This document shows, in pieces, positions 8,235 to 16,795 of a stretch of DNA of 45,300 bases. Under the pieces are notes generated by a model that did no database searches, was not told the DNA's origin, and worked only from the letters and a program-made list of their open reading frames with translations. Source of the DNA: an uncultured Chloroflexota bacterium (GTDB lineage Bacteria > Chloroflexota > Dehalococcoidia > Dehalococcoidales > RBG-16-60-22). The position numbers were made by a program, and so were the translations under genes. The stretch covers positions 1 through 45,300 of the forward strand of contig CAIWTG010000221.1 of assembly GCA_903915565.1 (NCBI GenBank). The letters are read 5' to 3'. Each line of letters opens with the position of its first letter. Within the stretch, counting starts at the first letter, position 1.

Positions 8235-10226
8235 CGTAACCTTTCCCCTCACCCTTATATCCCTTGATGAACTCCCTACCAGTATTTCAAAGTCGCCGGG
8301 TTCTGCCACCCAATCCTTAGTCTTAACGTCGTAAAAAGACAGGGCGTCTTTGGTCAGCGTGAATTCAACCTTTTTCTTCTGTCCGGGTTTAAGGGCGACC
8401 TTGCTAAAGGCTTTCAGCTCTTTTGGCGGGCGCGGCACGCTGGCGGCAATATCGCTTACATAAACCTGCACCACCTCTTTGCCCGCCGCTTTACCCGTGT
8501 TCTTCACATCAACGCTCACATTAAACTTATCTTTCGTTTGCGCCGGGCTGACCTTAAGGTTGCTATATTCAAAGGTGGTGTAAGATAGCCCGTGCCCGAA
8601 GGAGAATAAAGGCTCAACGTTGTTAGCGTCGTAGTGGCGGTAGCCGACGAACATGCCCTCGCCATAGACAACCTTATCGTTCTCGCCGGGGTAATAGGGA
8701 AAGGCGGGGTTATCTTCATAACGGCGCGGGAAGGTATCGGGCAGCTTGCCGGAGGGATTCACCAGGCCAAAGATGATATTCGCTATAGCGTTGCCGCACT
8801 CCTGCCCGGGGAAAAGGGCATCCACCACAGCAGGGACGCTGTCAATCCAGGGCATATTCAATGGCGAACCATTGTTCATTATTACTACCGTTTTGGGATT
8901 GGCTTTAGCCACGCGGCTGACCAGTTCGTTCTGACCCGGCGGCAGGTTCATGTCCTTGCGGTCGACGCCTTCGGTCTCTATCTTCTCGTTGGTGCCCACA
9001 AAGACGAGAGCAACGTCGGCGCCGGCGGCGGCTTTAACCGCTTTCTCTAAAAGGTTAGCGGACGGCGCGTCGGCGCAGCCAGGTTCATATACTATTTGCA
9101 CTTTATCGCCACAGAATTTTTTCAGAGCCTCGAGCGGGGCGACCTTATAATAAGGCGTAACGTAGGCGCTGCCGCCTCCCTGAATGACGGCTGTTGCCGC
9201 GTTAGGGCCGATGACGGCGATGGTCTTTACTTTATTTTTGTCCAGCGACAGGAGGTTGTTATCATTTTTCAGCAGGACAATGGCTTCCTCGGCGACCTCG
9301 CGGGCAAGTTGGCCATGGGCGGGGAATTCCTTATTTTTATCGGCGTCGGTGATATTCTTATCCAGCGCGCCGGTTTTTATCATCACGCCTAAAACGCGGC
9401 GCACCTTATCGTCAATAATTTTTTCATCAACCGCGCCTTCTTTCACCGCTTTAACCAAAGCCTCGTTAAAAAAGCGTGCAGGCCCGGGCATCTCCAAATC
9501 CAGCCCGGCATTGGCGGCGGGGATTGTGCTATGGACGGCATACCAGTCGGACATGACCAGCCCCTCAAAGCCCCACTCATCTTTTAAAACCTCCATCAAA
9601 AGCCAGTGGTTCTCCGAGGCAAATGTGCCGTCAATCTTGTTATAAGAGCACATCACCGACCACGCTCCTGCTTCTTTAATGGCTTTTTCAAAAGACGGTA
9701 AGTAAATTTCCCGCCGGGTGCGCTCATCTACCTCCGAGCTGATGGTCATGCGCTGGTATTCGGAATCGTTGAGGGCGAAGTGCTTGACGCAGGCGCTCAC
9801 TTTTTGGCTCTGGATGCCTTTTATAATAGCCACGGTCATCTGTGACGACAGATACGGGTCTTCTGAATAGCTCTCAAAGTTCCTGCCGCCGAGGGGCGAA
9901 CGGTGGATGTTAATACAGGGGCCTAATAGGACGACGCAGCCCCGCGCCCGCGTCTCTTCCCCTAAAGCGACGCCGACCTTGTTAACCAGGTCGGGATTCC
10001 AGGTCGCCGCCAGACTAACCCCGGTGGGGAAACAGGTGGCGGGGATAGTGCGTTTGGGGTCGGCGTTATCCATCGTTCTGGCGCCATGAGGACCGTCGGT
10101 AACCTTAATCGCCGGTATGCCCAGCCGTTCGATGACGTGTGTATGCCAGAAATCAACGCCGGCTGTCAGAGCGACCTTTTCTTCCAGCGTCAATTGCTTC
10201 AGTAACGACTCAATTCTTTTATTCAT
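8226..10226 (-). CDS. Glycoside hydrolase family 3 beta-glucosidase
   Basis: 666 aa. GH3 motifs KHFALND and GLVMSDW (nucleophile Asp), plus a C-terminal FnIII-like domain. Confidence 0.9.
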   Translation of the reverse strand: MNKRIESLLKQLTLEEKVALTAGVDFWHTHVIERLGIPAIKVTDGPHGARTMDNADPKRTIPATCFPTGVSLAATWNPDLVNKVGVALGEETRARGCVVLLGPCINIHRSPLGGRNFESYSEDPYLSSQMTVAIIKGIQSQKVSACVKHFALNDSEYQRMTISSEVDERTRREIYLPSFEKAIKEAGAWSVMCSYNKIDGTFASENHWLLMEVLKDEWGFEGLVMSDWYAVHSTIPAANAGLDLEMPGPARFFNEALVKAVKEGAVDEKIIDDKVRRVLGVMIKTGALDKNITDADKNKEFPAHGQLAREVAEEAIVLLKNDNNLLSLDKNKVKTIAVIGPNAATAVIQGGGSAYVTPYYKVAPLEALKKFCGDKVQIVYEPGCADAPSANLLEKAVKAAAGADVALVFVGTNEKIETEGVDRKDMNLPPGQNELVSRVAKANPKTVVIMNNGSPLNMPWIDSVPAVVDALFPGQECGNAIANIIFGLVNPSGKLPDTFPRRYEDNPAFPYYPGENDKVVYGEGMFVGYRHYDANNVEPLFSFGHGLSYTTFEYSNLKVSPAQTKDKFNVSVDVKNTGKAAGKEVVQVYVSDIAASVPRPPKELKAFSKVALKPGQKKKVEFTLTKDALSFYDVKTKDWVAEPGDFEILVGSSSRDIRVRGKVTLR

Positions 10227-10243
10227 AATTAATTACTCTTATT

Positions 10244-11050
10244 TTATTCAGGCAGACTGTTCAGGAAGTCTAAAAGGGCTTTTTTATAGTCGGTATAGTT
10301 TTCTCGGCGGATGCTGTGACCGGCGCCTATGATTTGTACCCACTTGAAAGGCGCTTTAGACTTCCACAGTCTGGAGGCTTCTTCCGCCGTGGTTTTGGCA
10401 ACTAGCCCGTTTTCGGCAATAATCAGCAGGGTGGGGCACTTAATTTTCGGCACTTGCTCCTTATAGGAACCCGGGTTAACTACCATGAAGTCGAACAGTC
10501 TTTTATCATACTGCATTTTGGATTCCGCCCAGGGCTCTATTTCCGCTTCCGGCCAGAGAGGATTTGAATTCCGGCATTCCGCCATCAGTTCTTCCAGCGT
10601 CATCTTGCTTAACGAATCCATGTAGCTTTTAATATCGGCTTGGTTAGGCGGAGGCATCGTGTCCTGTTTCAGCCAGGCGGGGTCTTCCAGGATAATCGCC
10701 TTGGGGAGGTCGGGGTAGGCAACGGCTACATTCATCGTGGTGCCCGCGCCCATGGAATGCCCCATGATGATGGGCTTTGTTAAACCCAGTTGTCTTGCCA
10801 AAGCGGCAACCTGCTCGGTATGACTTTGAAAAGTAAATTTTTTATCCAGCTTGTCTGACTTGCCGTGCCCCTGCGCGTCCAGCATGATGACGTCGTACTT
10901 TTCCGCGAGCACCTCCGCTATCGGTGTCCAGCAAAGTCCGTTATCCGTGGCACCGTGGAGGAGAATAAGCGGCGGTTTTTTCCCGCCGGTGAGGTAGTCG
11001 TGGAGCGTGATTCCATTAATGGTTACATCGCCTTCTTTATATTGCAACAT
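10244..11050 (-). CDS. Alpha/beta-fold hydrolase
   Basis: 268 aa. Oxyanion LLHG, nucleophile elbow GHSMGAG, C-terminal GAGHS. Confidence 0.85.
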   Translation of the reverse strand: MLQYKEGDVTINGITLHDYLTGGKKPPLILLHGATDNGLCWTPIAEVLAEKYDVIMLDAQGHGKSDKLDKKFTFQSHTEQVAALARQLGLTKPIIMGHSMGAGTTMNVAVAYPDLPKAIILEDPAWLKQDTMPPPNQADIKSYMDSLSKMTLEELMAECRNSNPLWPEAEIEPWAESKMQYDKRLFDFMVVNPGSYKEQVPKIKCPTLLIIAENGLVAKTTAEEASRLWKSKAPFKWVQIIGAGHSIRRENYTDYKKALLDFLNSLPE

Positions 11051-11148
11051 AGTTGCTCCTTTCAGGGAGAATCAATAGATTGTATTACTCCCGGAGGTTT
11101 TTAGGCAAATAACAAAAAGTCCGGGTTAACATTTTATGATTATTTATA

Positions 11149-11250
11149 CCTTACCCCTGACCCCTCTCCAGCCTACGTGCCCACTAAACCAGACGTTTTC
11201 TGGCTGGAGAGAGGGGTTTAATTGAGAGGGGGATAAAGGGGGTGAGTTAT
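11149..11250. repeat. Intergenic imperfect palindromic (REP/MITE-like) element
   Basis: CCCCTCTCCAGCC (11161-11173) pairs with GGCTGGAGAGAGGGG (11202-11216). The outer CCTTACCCCTGA partly pairs with the downstream GGGGTGAG-rich tract. Confidence 0.5.
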
Positions 11251-11329
11251 GTATTAGACAAATATAAATATTACTGAAAAAGTGATACTATATAGCACAG
11301 AAACTATTTGTATATCAATGGAGGTGCAT

Positions 11330-11722
11330 ATGGCAGGTAAAACGATTAAACAGTCGGTAACGATTAAAGCCAAACCCCACGATGTCTATGAGGCGCTGAT
11401 GGACCCCAAAAAGCATGCCAAATTCACCGGCGGTAAAGCGGTTATCAGCCGGGAGGTGGGGGGCAAGTTCAACGTTTTCGACGGGTACGCGGAGGGAACT
11501 AACCTGGAGCTGGTGCCCGATAAGAAAATCGGCCAGTCCTGGCGCGCCGACGACTGGCTGAAGGGGCATTACTCCAAAGCCGCTTTCGAATTTAAAGAAG
11601 TTGCCGGCGGCACCGCCCTCACCTTTACCCAGACCGATGTACCGGCAGAGTTCGTTGACGACATCGCCCAGGGCTGGCAGGACTATTACTGGAAGCCCAT
11701 GAAAGAGATGCTGGAAAAATAG
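11330..11722 (+). CDS. SRPBCC/AHSA1-like ligand-binding domain protein
   Basis: The track ORF starts at 11282. I prefer the ATG at 11330 (MAGKTIKQSVTIKA...), preceded by GGAGGTG. The sequence pattern is typical of Aha1/START-fold proteins. Confidence 0.75.
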   Translation: MAGKTIKQSVTIKAKPHDVYEALMDPKKHAKFTGGKAVISREVGGKFNVFDGYAEGTNLELVPDKKIGQSWRADDWLKGHYSKAAFEFKEVAGGTALTFTQTDVPAEFVDDIAQGWQDYYWKPMKEMLEK

Positions 11723-11752
11723 TAAACGGACATACCTGGAAAGGAAATAAAC

Positions 11753-13846
11753 ATGGCGAAAATTAAGTTCGAGAAACTGCTCGAGCCGGGGTACATCGGC
11801 AAGGTCAAAACGCGGAACCGGATAGTGAAATCCGGCGCCGGGACGTTCATGTGGCACGAGGACGAAACGCGCATGAATAAAACCATCCTCGCCTATTATG
11901 AGAGTCTGGCGCGGGGCGGGGTGGGGTTATTGATAGTTGAAAGCCCGACCATTGACTATCCGGCCGGGGCGCGGTGGCGGCAGCGCTACCGCATTGACGA
12001 CGATAAATACATCAAAGGCTTGAGCGAGCTTCCTAAAATCATCCACAAATACGGCTGTCCCACCTTTATGCAAATGAACCACGATGGGCCGTGGGAGTCA
12101 CACCCGTTCCCCGACCCCAACCCTCCGTTCAATGGACCGCCGATAGCCGCCTCGTCCACGGTACTGAAAAACACCAATGATTTTCATAATGAGCTGCCGC
12201 ACGCGCTGACGATTTCCGAAATAGAGGTCATCATCGATAAATTCGCCAGCGCCGCCGTCAGGGCGAAAAAGGCCGGCTTTGACGGGGTGGACATCAACGC
12301 CGCCAGCAGCCATTTGCTGCATAACTTCCTCTCGCCTTTCTGGAACCACCGCAAGGACGCTTATGGCGGCAGCCCGGAAAACCGGGCGCGCTTTGTTACC
12401 AACATCATTAAAGAAATCAAAAAGCGATTGGGCCCGGACTTCCCTGTTTCCGTCTGCATCAACAGCATAGAAGTCGGGCAGACGGCGGACATCGCTGATG
12501 ATAGATGTATCACGGTGGAAGACGCGCGGCTGACGGCGCAGCTGTTAGAAGCCGCCGGCGCCGACATGATTCACGTGCGCAGCCACTGGCTGGGATACCA
12601 CGTGGGGGCTTATCTGCCTGACCTAATGTTTTATCCGAACTTCCCCGTCCCCGTAAAAGACATCCCCAAAGTTTACAACGCTCACCTGCGGGGTAAGGCG
12701 TGGAACGTTAACCTGGCGGCGGGGATTAAAGCAGCGGTAAAAATACCGGTGATGGTGGTGGGCAAACTCGACCCGGAACTGGGCGAAAAAGCCCTGGAAG
12801 AGGGCAAGGTGGACTTCATCGCCATGACGCGCCGCCTGCAGGCTGACCCGGAACTACCCAACAAAGTGGCGGCGGGGAGATTGGAAGATATTGCCCCCTG
12901 CACCGCCTGCGAGAACTGTCTGGGTTCGCGGCGTTGCCGTATTAATGCGTTCATGGGCAAGGAATACAACACGGTTGAAAAAGCGGCGAAAAAGAAAAAG
13001 GTCGCCGTTATTGGCGCCGGACCCGCCGGCATGGAAGCTGCTCGCGTGGCGGCTTTAAGGGGACACGACGTAACGCTTTACGACGGCAGCGGCAGCCTGG
13101 GGGGTCTTTTACCTCTGGCGGCCGTGGTCAAAGGCACGGAGCTGGAAGACTTGCCGGCGATAATTAAGTATTTTGAACGCCAACTAAAAAACCTCGGTGT
13201 TACGACGGAGCTGGGAAAAAAGGTAAATACCAAAACCATCGAAAGAACAAAACCGGACGCCGTCATTATCGCCACGGGCGGGATTCCTACGATGCCCAAT
13301 ATAAAAGGCATTGACGGGAAGAACGTAGTGGGCGGAGCTAAACTGCATAAGACCCTTAAGTTCTACCTGAAATTCATCCCGCCGAACCTTTTAAGGTGGC
13401 TGACCAAATTCTACCTCCCCATCGGTAAGCGGGTCGTTATCATCGGGGGGAGTTTGCACGGCTGCGAGCTGGGCGAATTTTTAGTCAGGCGTGGCCGGCA
13501 GGTAACCATCGTGGATAAATCAAAGCAATTGGGACAGGGCATGGTGGACGTTATTCAGGCCTACCTGTTCCAGTGGTTTAGTCACATGGGCGTGAGGCTC
13601 ATCAGCGGGATTGAGGACTATATTGAAATAACGCCGGATGGGCTGTTAATAAGAAATGAAAAGGGCGTTGCAGAAATGCTCCCCGCCGATACGATACTCC
13701 CCACCCTGCCGTTGACGCCGGATATGAAACTTTATGAGAGCCTCAAGGGCAAGGTTAAAGAAATCTACGCCATCGGCGACTGTAAAGAACCGCAACTTAT
13801 CGCCGACGCCGTCAGCCAGGGCATGGAAACCGCCCGCTCAATCTAA
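11753..13846 (+). CDS. Two-domain FMN/FAD oxidoreductase of the enoate reductase / 2,4-dienoyl-CoA reductase type (OYE barrel + Fe-S + FAD/NAD(P) domain)
   Basis: 697 aa. N-terminal OYE-like barrel, Cys cluster CTACENCLGSRRC, then dinucleotide folds VAVIGAGPAGMEAA and VVIIGGSLHGCELG. Confidence 0.85.
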   Translation: MAKIKFEKLLEPGYIGKVKTRNRIVKSGAGTFMWHEDETRMNKTILAYYESLARGGVGLLIVESPTIDYPAGARWRQRYRIDDDKYIKGLSELPKIIHKYGCPTFMQMNHDGPWESHPFPDPNPPFNGPPIAASSTVLKNTNDFHNELPHALTISEIEVIIDKFASAAVRAKKAGFDGVDINAASSHLLHNFLSPFWNHRKDAYGGSPENRARFVTNIIKEIKKRLGPDFPVSVCINSIEVGQTADIADDRCITVEDARLTAQLLEAAGADMIHVRSHWLGYHVGAYLPDLMFYPNFPVPVKDIPKVYNAHLRGKAWNVNLAAGIKAAVKIPVMVVGKLDPELGEKALEEGKVDFIAMTRRLQADPELPNKVAAGRLEDIAPCTACENCLGSRRCRINAFMGKEYNTVEKAAKKKKVAVIGAGPAGMEAARVAALRGHDVTLYDGSGSLGGLLPLAAVVKGTELEDLPAIIKYFERQLKNLGVTTELGKKVNTKTIERTKPDAVIIATGGIPTMPNIKGIDGKNVVGGAKLHKTLKFYLKFIPPNLLRWLTKFYLPIGKRVVIIGGSLHGCELGEFLVRRGRQVTIVDKSKQLGQGMVDVIQAYLFQWFSHMGVRLISGIEDYIEITPDGLLIRNEKGVAEMLPADTILPTLPLTPDMKLYESLKGKVKEIYAIGDCKEPQLIADAVSQGMETARSI

Positions 13847-13860
13847 AGGGAAGTGATTTT

Positions 13861-14325
13861 ATGCCAAAACAAAAATACGCTAAAAACATCCTCACGGAAG
13901 ACCGCATGCCGCCGCCACCCGAGCGCGATGTGAAGAGCATGGCAAAACAGGCCAAGGCGGGGCGGACGTTAGACCGGACGATGCTGCTGGGGATACAGGA
14001 CTCCATCGTTAAGGGAGCATTCTTTGCAGGGTGCGAGTGGCTGTGGCAGCTGACGGGTAACGGGCCGGTGGCAATTGAGACGCCGCACACGCACGACTTT
14101 GATGAAATCATCGGGTTTGCCGGCTCCAATCGGAATCACCCGCGGGAACTGGGCGGGGAAATCGAGTTCTGGATGGACGACGAGCCTTATACCCTCACCA
14201 AGACCTGCTTTATCTTCATCCCCCGGGGCGTCAAGCACTGCCCCGTCGTCCTTAAAAGAATCGACACGCCCATTTTCATGTTCGAGTCCGGCAACAATAC
14301 CGCTTACGAAAAGCTTAAAAAATAG
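13861..14325 (+). CDS. Cupin-fold protein, paralog 1 of 3
   Basis: 154 aa. Cupin motif 1 HTHDFDEIIGFAG and motif 2 IPRGVKHCP. The N-terminus MPKQKY resembles paralog 2. Confidence 0.7.
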   Translation: MPKQKYAKNILTEDRMPPPPERDVKSMAKQAKAGRTLDRTMLLGIQDSIVKGAFFAGCEWLWQLTGNGPVAIETPHTHDFDEIIGFAGSNRNHPRELGGEIEFWMDDEPYTLTKTCFIFIPRGVKHCPVVLKRIDTPIFMFESGNNTAYEKLKK

Positions 14326-14335
14326 GAGCCTGAAT

Positions 14336-14809
14336 ATGCCGAAGAAGGATTATAACAAGTATTTTGTCAGTAAGCCCGCCTACGAGGTCATCCCGGAGGG
14401 TGAAGTTAAGGGACGCCGTCCGGCGATGACCCTGATGTCTAATAACCTGGTGCCGAAAACCAATATGTACATCGAAACCGGCTGGGTGTTCGGCATGCCC
14501 GACCCCAACCCGCATATCTTTGAGCACACGCACGATTATGACGAAATCGTTATCCACATGGGCACCGACCCCGATAACCAGGAGGAGCTGGGCGGAGAAA
14601 TCGAGTTCATGGTGGGCGGCCAGCCGCTGAAAATCAATAAGACCTCGGCGGTGTATGTGCCCAAGGGCGTGCCGCACGGTCCGCTGACCTGGAAGAAATA
14701 TAACAAGCCCCACCTGGAGCTGACGATTATGATAGGCGCCGGTTCTTTGGCCCAGGCCGACCCGGGCGGGCACGAAAAAAGCCGCAAGAATAAAAAGGAG
14801 GAGAAATAA
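14336..14809 (+). CDS. Cupin-fold protein, paralog 2 of 3
   Basis: The track ORF 14075..14809 overlaps paralog 1 in another frame. The ATG at 14336 (MPKKDYNKYF) follows a TAGGAG SD. Motifs HTHDYDEIVIHMG and VPKGVPHGP. Confidence 0.7.
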   Translation: MPKKDYNKYFVSKPAYEVIPEGEVKGRRPAMTLMSNNLVPKTNMYIETGWVFGMPDPNPHIFEHTHDYDEIVIHMGTDPDNQEELGGEIEFMVGGQPLKINKTSAVYVPKGVPHGPLTWKKYNKPHLELTIMIGAGSLAQADPGGHEKSRKNKKEEK

Positions 14810-15255
14810 TGGATAAGATAGACAGGAAATTCTTTGTCACCGAGCTTAATGACGTGGTGGGGGACGCTCCGTGGTCGCCGGTGTTTGCGGACAATGAAGG
14901 GCAGCGCGTTCTTTCCCTCGACGGGGACGTCATCAAGGGGGCTTTCTATATGGAAACGGCGTGGTTCCTGCCGGGCGATTGGCCGAAGAAAACCGGCTCG
15001 CTGAAGGACCGCACCATCGGGGAGCACGTCCACGACTTTGACGAGGTTCTCGCCTGGATAGGGTCGAACCCTAAAGACAAGTACAATCTCAACGGGGAAG
15101 TCGAGCTCTGGATAGACGGCAAACAAAACATCCTGACGAAGAGCTTTTTGGCGTTTATCCCGGCGGGCACCAAGCACGGCCCGATTAACATTAGAAAGAT
15201 AAAGAAGCCGATGTTCCACTTTACCGCCGGCATGGGGAAGAAGTATAGTAAGTAG
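14809..15255 (+). CDS. Cupin-fold protein, paralog 3 of 3
   Basis: 148 aa. The start overlaps the upstream stop (TAATG). Motifs HVHDFDEVLAWIG and IPAGTKHGP. Confidence 0.7.
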   Translation: MDKIDRKFFVTELNDVVGDAPWSPVFADNEGQRVLSLDGDVIKGAFYMETAWFLPGDWPKKTGSLKDRTIGEHVHDFDEVLAWIGSNPKDKYNLNGEVELWIDGKQNILTKSFLAFIPAGTKHGPINIRKIKKPMFHFTAGMGKKYSK

Positions 15256-15282
15256 CATAAACCAATATAGCAAAGAGGTCGT

Positions 15283-16743
15283 ATGTCTGTTGCCAAACTT
15301 AAGTTAGCCGCTTTATTTGCCCTGCTTCTCTTCATAGCGGCAATTGCTATCCCCACCCCCGCTTTTGCCGACGGCGGGCCGATTGTCCCTGCCGACCTCT
15401 GGGATAACCTTAAAGAGGGGCACCAAATAGCCGTGGTTTCTTTAATAAGTCAGGACGAGGCGGTGGTCGACCTTTTCATTTCTATCCAGGACAAAACAAC
15501 GGAGTCCCACGAAGTCATCTTTTTCGTGCCTATAGGTAAAGACGCAACCTTCCACAGCGCTTATGAGCAGAACCTGTCCGACTTCAATGAATTCAATACC
15601 GCGGGGCTGGACCAGATAATCCGAGCCAGTGTAACCACCCGGCAGCATGCCGTCCAGGCGCTTTTCGCCGGGGCGTTACTGACTAACGGTGCGATATTAT
15701 CCCCACTCTGGGCCACGGTGCTGCTTACCGGATGCAGCTCTGGTGCCCAACAGCCGGAGGCCTCTTTCCAGACTGAAAGCTCCGAGATTAATATATTTGG
15801 TATTGATGATAACACGGATTTGAATGCGCTTATCGAGACTACCGGGCTGGCTCCCTCCGTTTATGATACGCTGTCCACACTCAAAGGGCAGCGGGTAGCC
15901 GTCGTCAAGCTGCATACCCAGCCTAAAGTACCTGAATCTGAAAACCCGGTATTCCAAAGCACTCCCACCTCCGAACCCGGGCTGCACCTCAACTGGACCA
16001 CTCCTCTCGTGGATAGTGCGTATACTTATCCCCTGGGAACCGGCGCCGCCTGGTCCAAACCTATCGATCTGACGCGGGTTTATATCAGCGTGCCTAAGGG
16101 CGTCGACTTTGATGTCCAATACCCCGCCCTCGGGACGGAGTATTCCGGCTACGACTATATCAAAGGTCCGAATATCCAAAACTACATCAATACCCCCGCT
16201 TACGCCATTGACGAGGCCAGCGGTGACTTCGGGCGGGTCTGGCGGGCGACATATACGATGAGCAATCCCACCGATAACATCGTCATTACGGTTAAACCGC
16301 AGTCGGCGTTAAGCCAATTCCTCGCCAGCGCCAAGGAGGGTGCGGTAACTTACTCCGTGCTCTTCGCCCTGATTATCGGGGTGTTAATATGGGTTCTCGC
16401 CTGGAAATACCTGATGCCCATTTTCCTCGGCATTAAAGAGAAGCATCCCATGTTAGCCTGGTATTATGCGTTGATTTATCCCGGTTGTAACTTAATCTTT
16501 ATCATCTTCCCGGGAATGGTGTTTTATTTGTTCTTCCTGTTTAATGCGACCCTCATATCATTTATTCTGCTTTTCGTGGTGCTGGGAGGGGCGATAATCG
16601 GTATATTTTCTTTGGCACACGGCGGCCGTCTGGGCGTCAGCCGGGGCAAAGCGATAGGCGCTTTTGTGCTAACTAGTCTTTGCAGCAACGCGGTTTACCT
16701 GCTACTGGCGGCTGGCTTTGCCTGGTTCGTGGGCGCTATCTAG
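15283..16743 (+). CDS. Secreted, membrane-anchored protein of unknown function
   Basis: 486 aa. N-terminal signal peptide (...PTPAFA/DGG), a soluble region of about 330 aa, then about 4-5 C-terminal TM helices. It is the last gene of the plus-strand operon. Confidence 0.65.
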   Translation: MSVAKLKLAALFALLLFIAAIAIPTPAFADGGPIVPADLWDNLKEGHQIAVVSLISQDEAVVDLFISIQDKTTESHEVIFFVPIGKDATFHSAYEQNLSDFNEFNTAGLDQIIRASVTTRQHAVQALFAGALLTNGAILSPLWATVLLTGCSSGAQQPEASFQTESSEINIFGIDDNTDLNALIETTGLAPSVYDTLSTLKGQRVAVVKLHTQPKVPESENPVFQSTPTSEPGLHLNWTTPLVDSAYTYPLGTGAAWSKPIDLTRVYISVPKGVDFDVQYPALGTEYSGYDYIKGPNIQNYINTPAYAIDEASGDFGRVWRATYTMSNPTDNIVITVKPQSALSQFLASAKEGAVTYSVLFALIIGVLIWVLAWKYLMPIFLGIKEKHPMLAWYYALIYPGCNLIFIIFPGMVFYLFFLFNATLISFILLFVVLGGAIIGIFSLAHGGRLGVSRGKAIGAFVLTSLCSNAVYLLLAAGFAWFVGAI

Positions 16744-16746
16744 AAA

Positions 16747-16783
16747 AATCCCCCGACTTTTTAGGGTCGAGGGATTTCTTTTG
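16747..16783. terminator. Bidirectional terminator between convergent genes
   Basis: AATCCCCCGAC (16747-16757) pairs with GTCGAGGGATT (16766-16776) with one mismatch. It is flanked by an A-run upstream and TTCTTTT downstream. Confidence 0.5.
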
Positions 16784-16795
16784 ACTATCTACCGG

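Noticed and set aside
14075-14335. The 5' extension of the track ORF 14075..14809 would add 87 residues to cupin paralog 2.
   Set aside because: The extension overlaps cupin paralog 1 in a different frame and is Ser/Pro/Arg-rich. An ATG with a TAGGAG SD at 14336 gives an N-terminus (MPKKDY) homologous to paralog 1 (MPKQKY).
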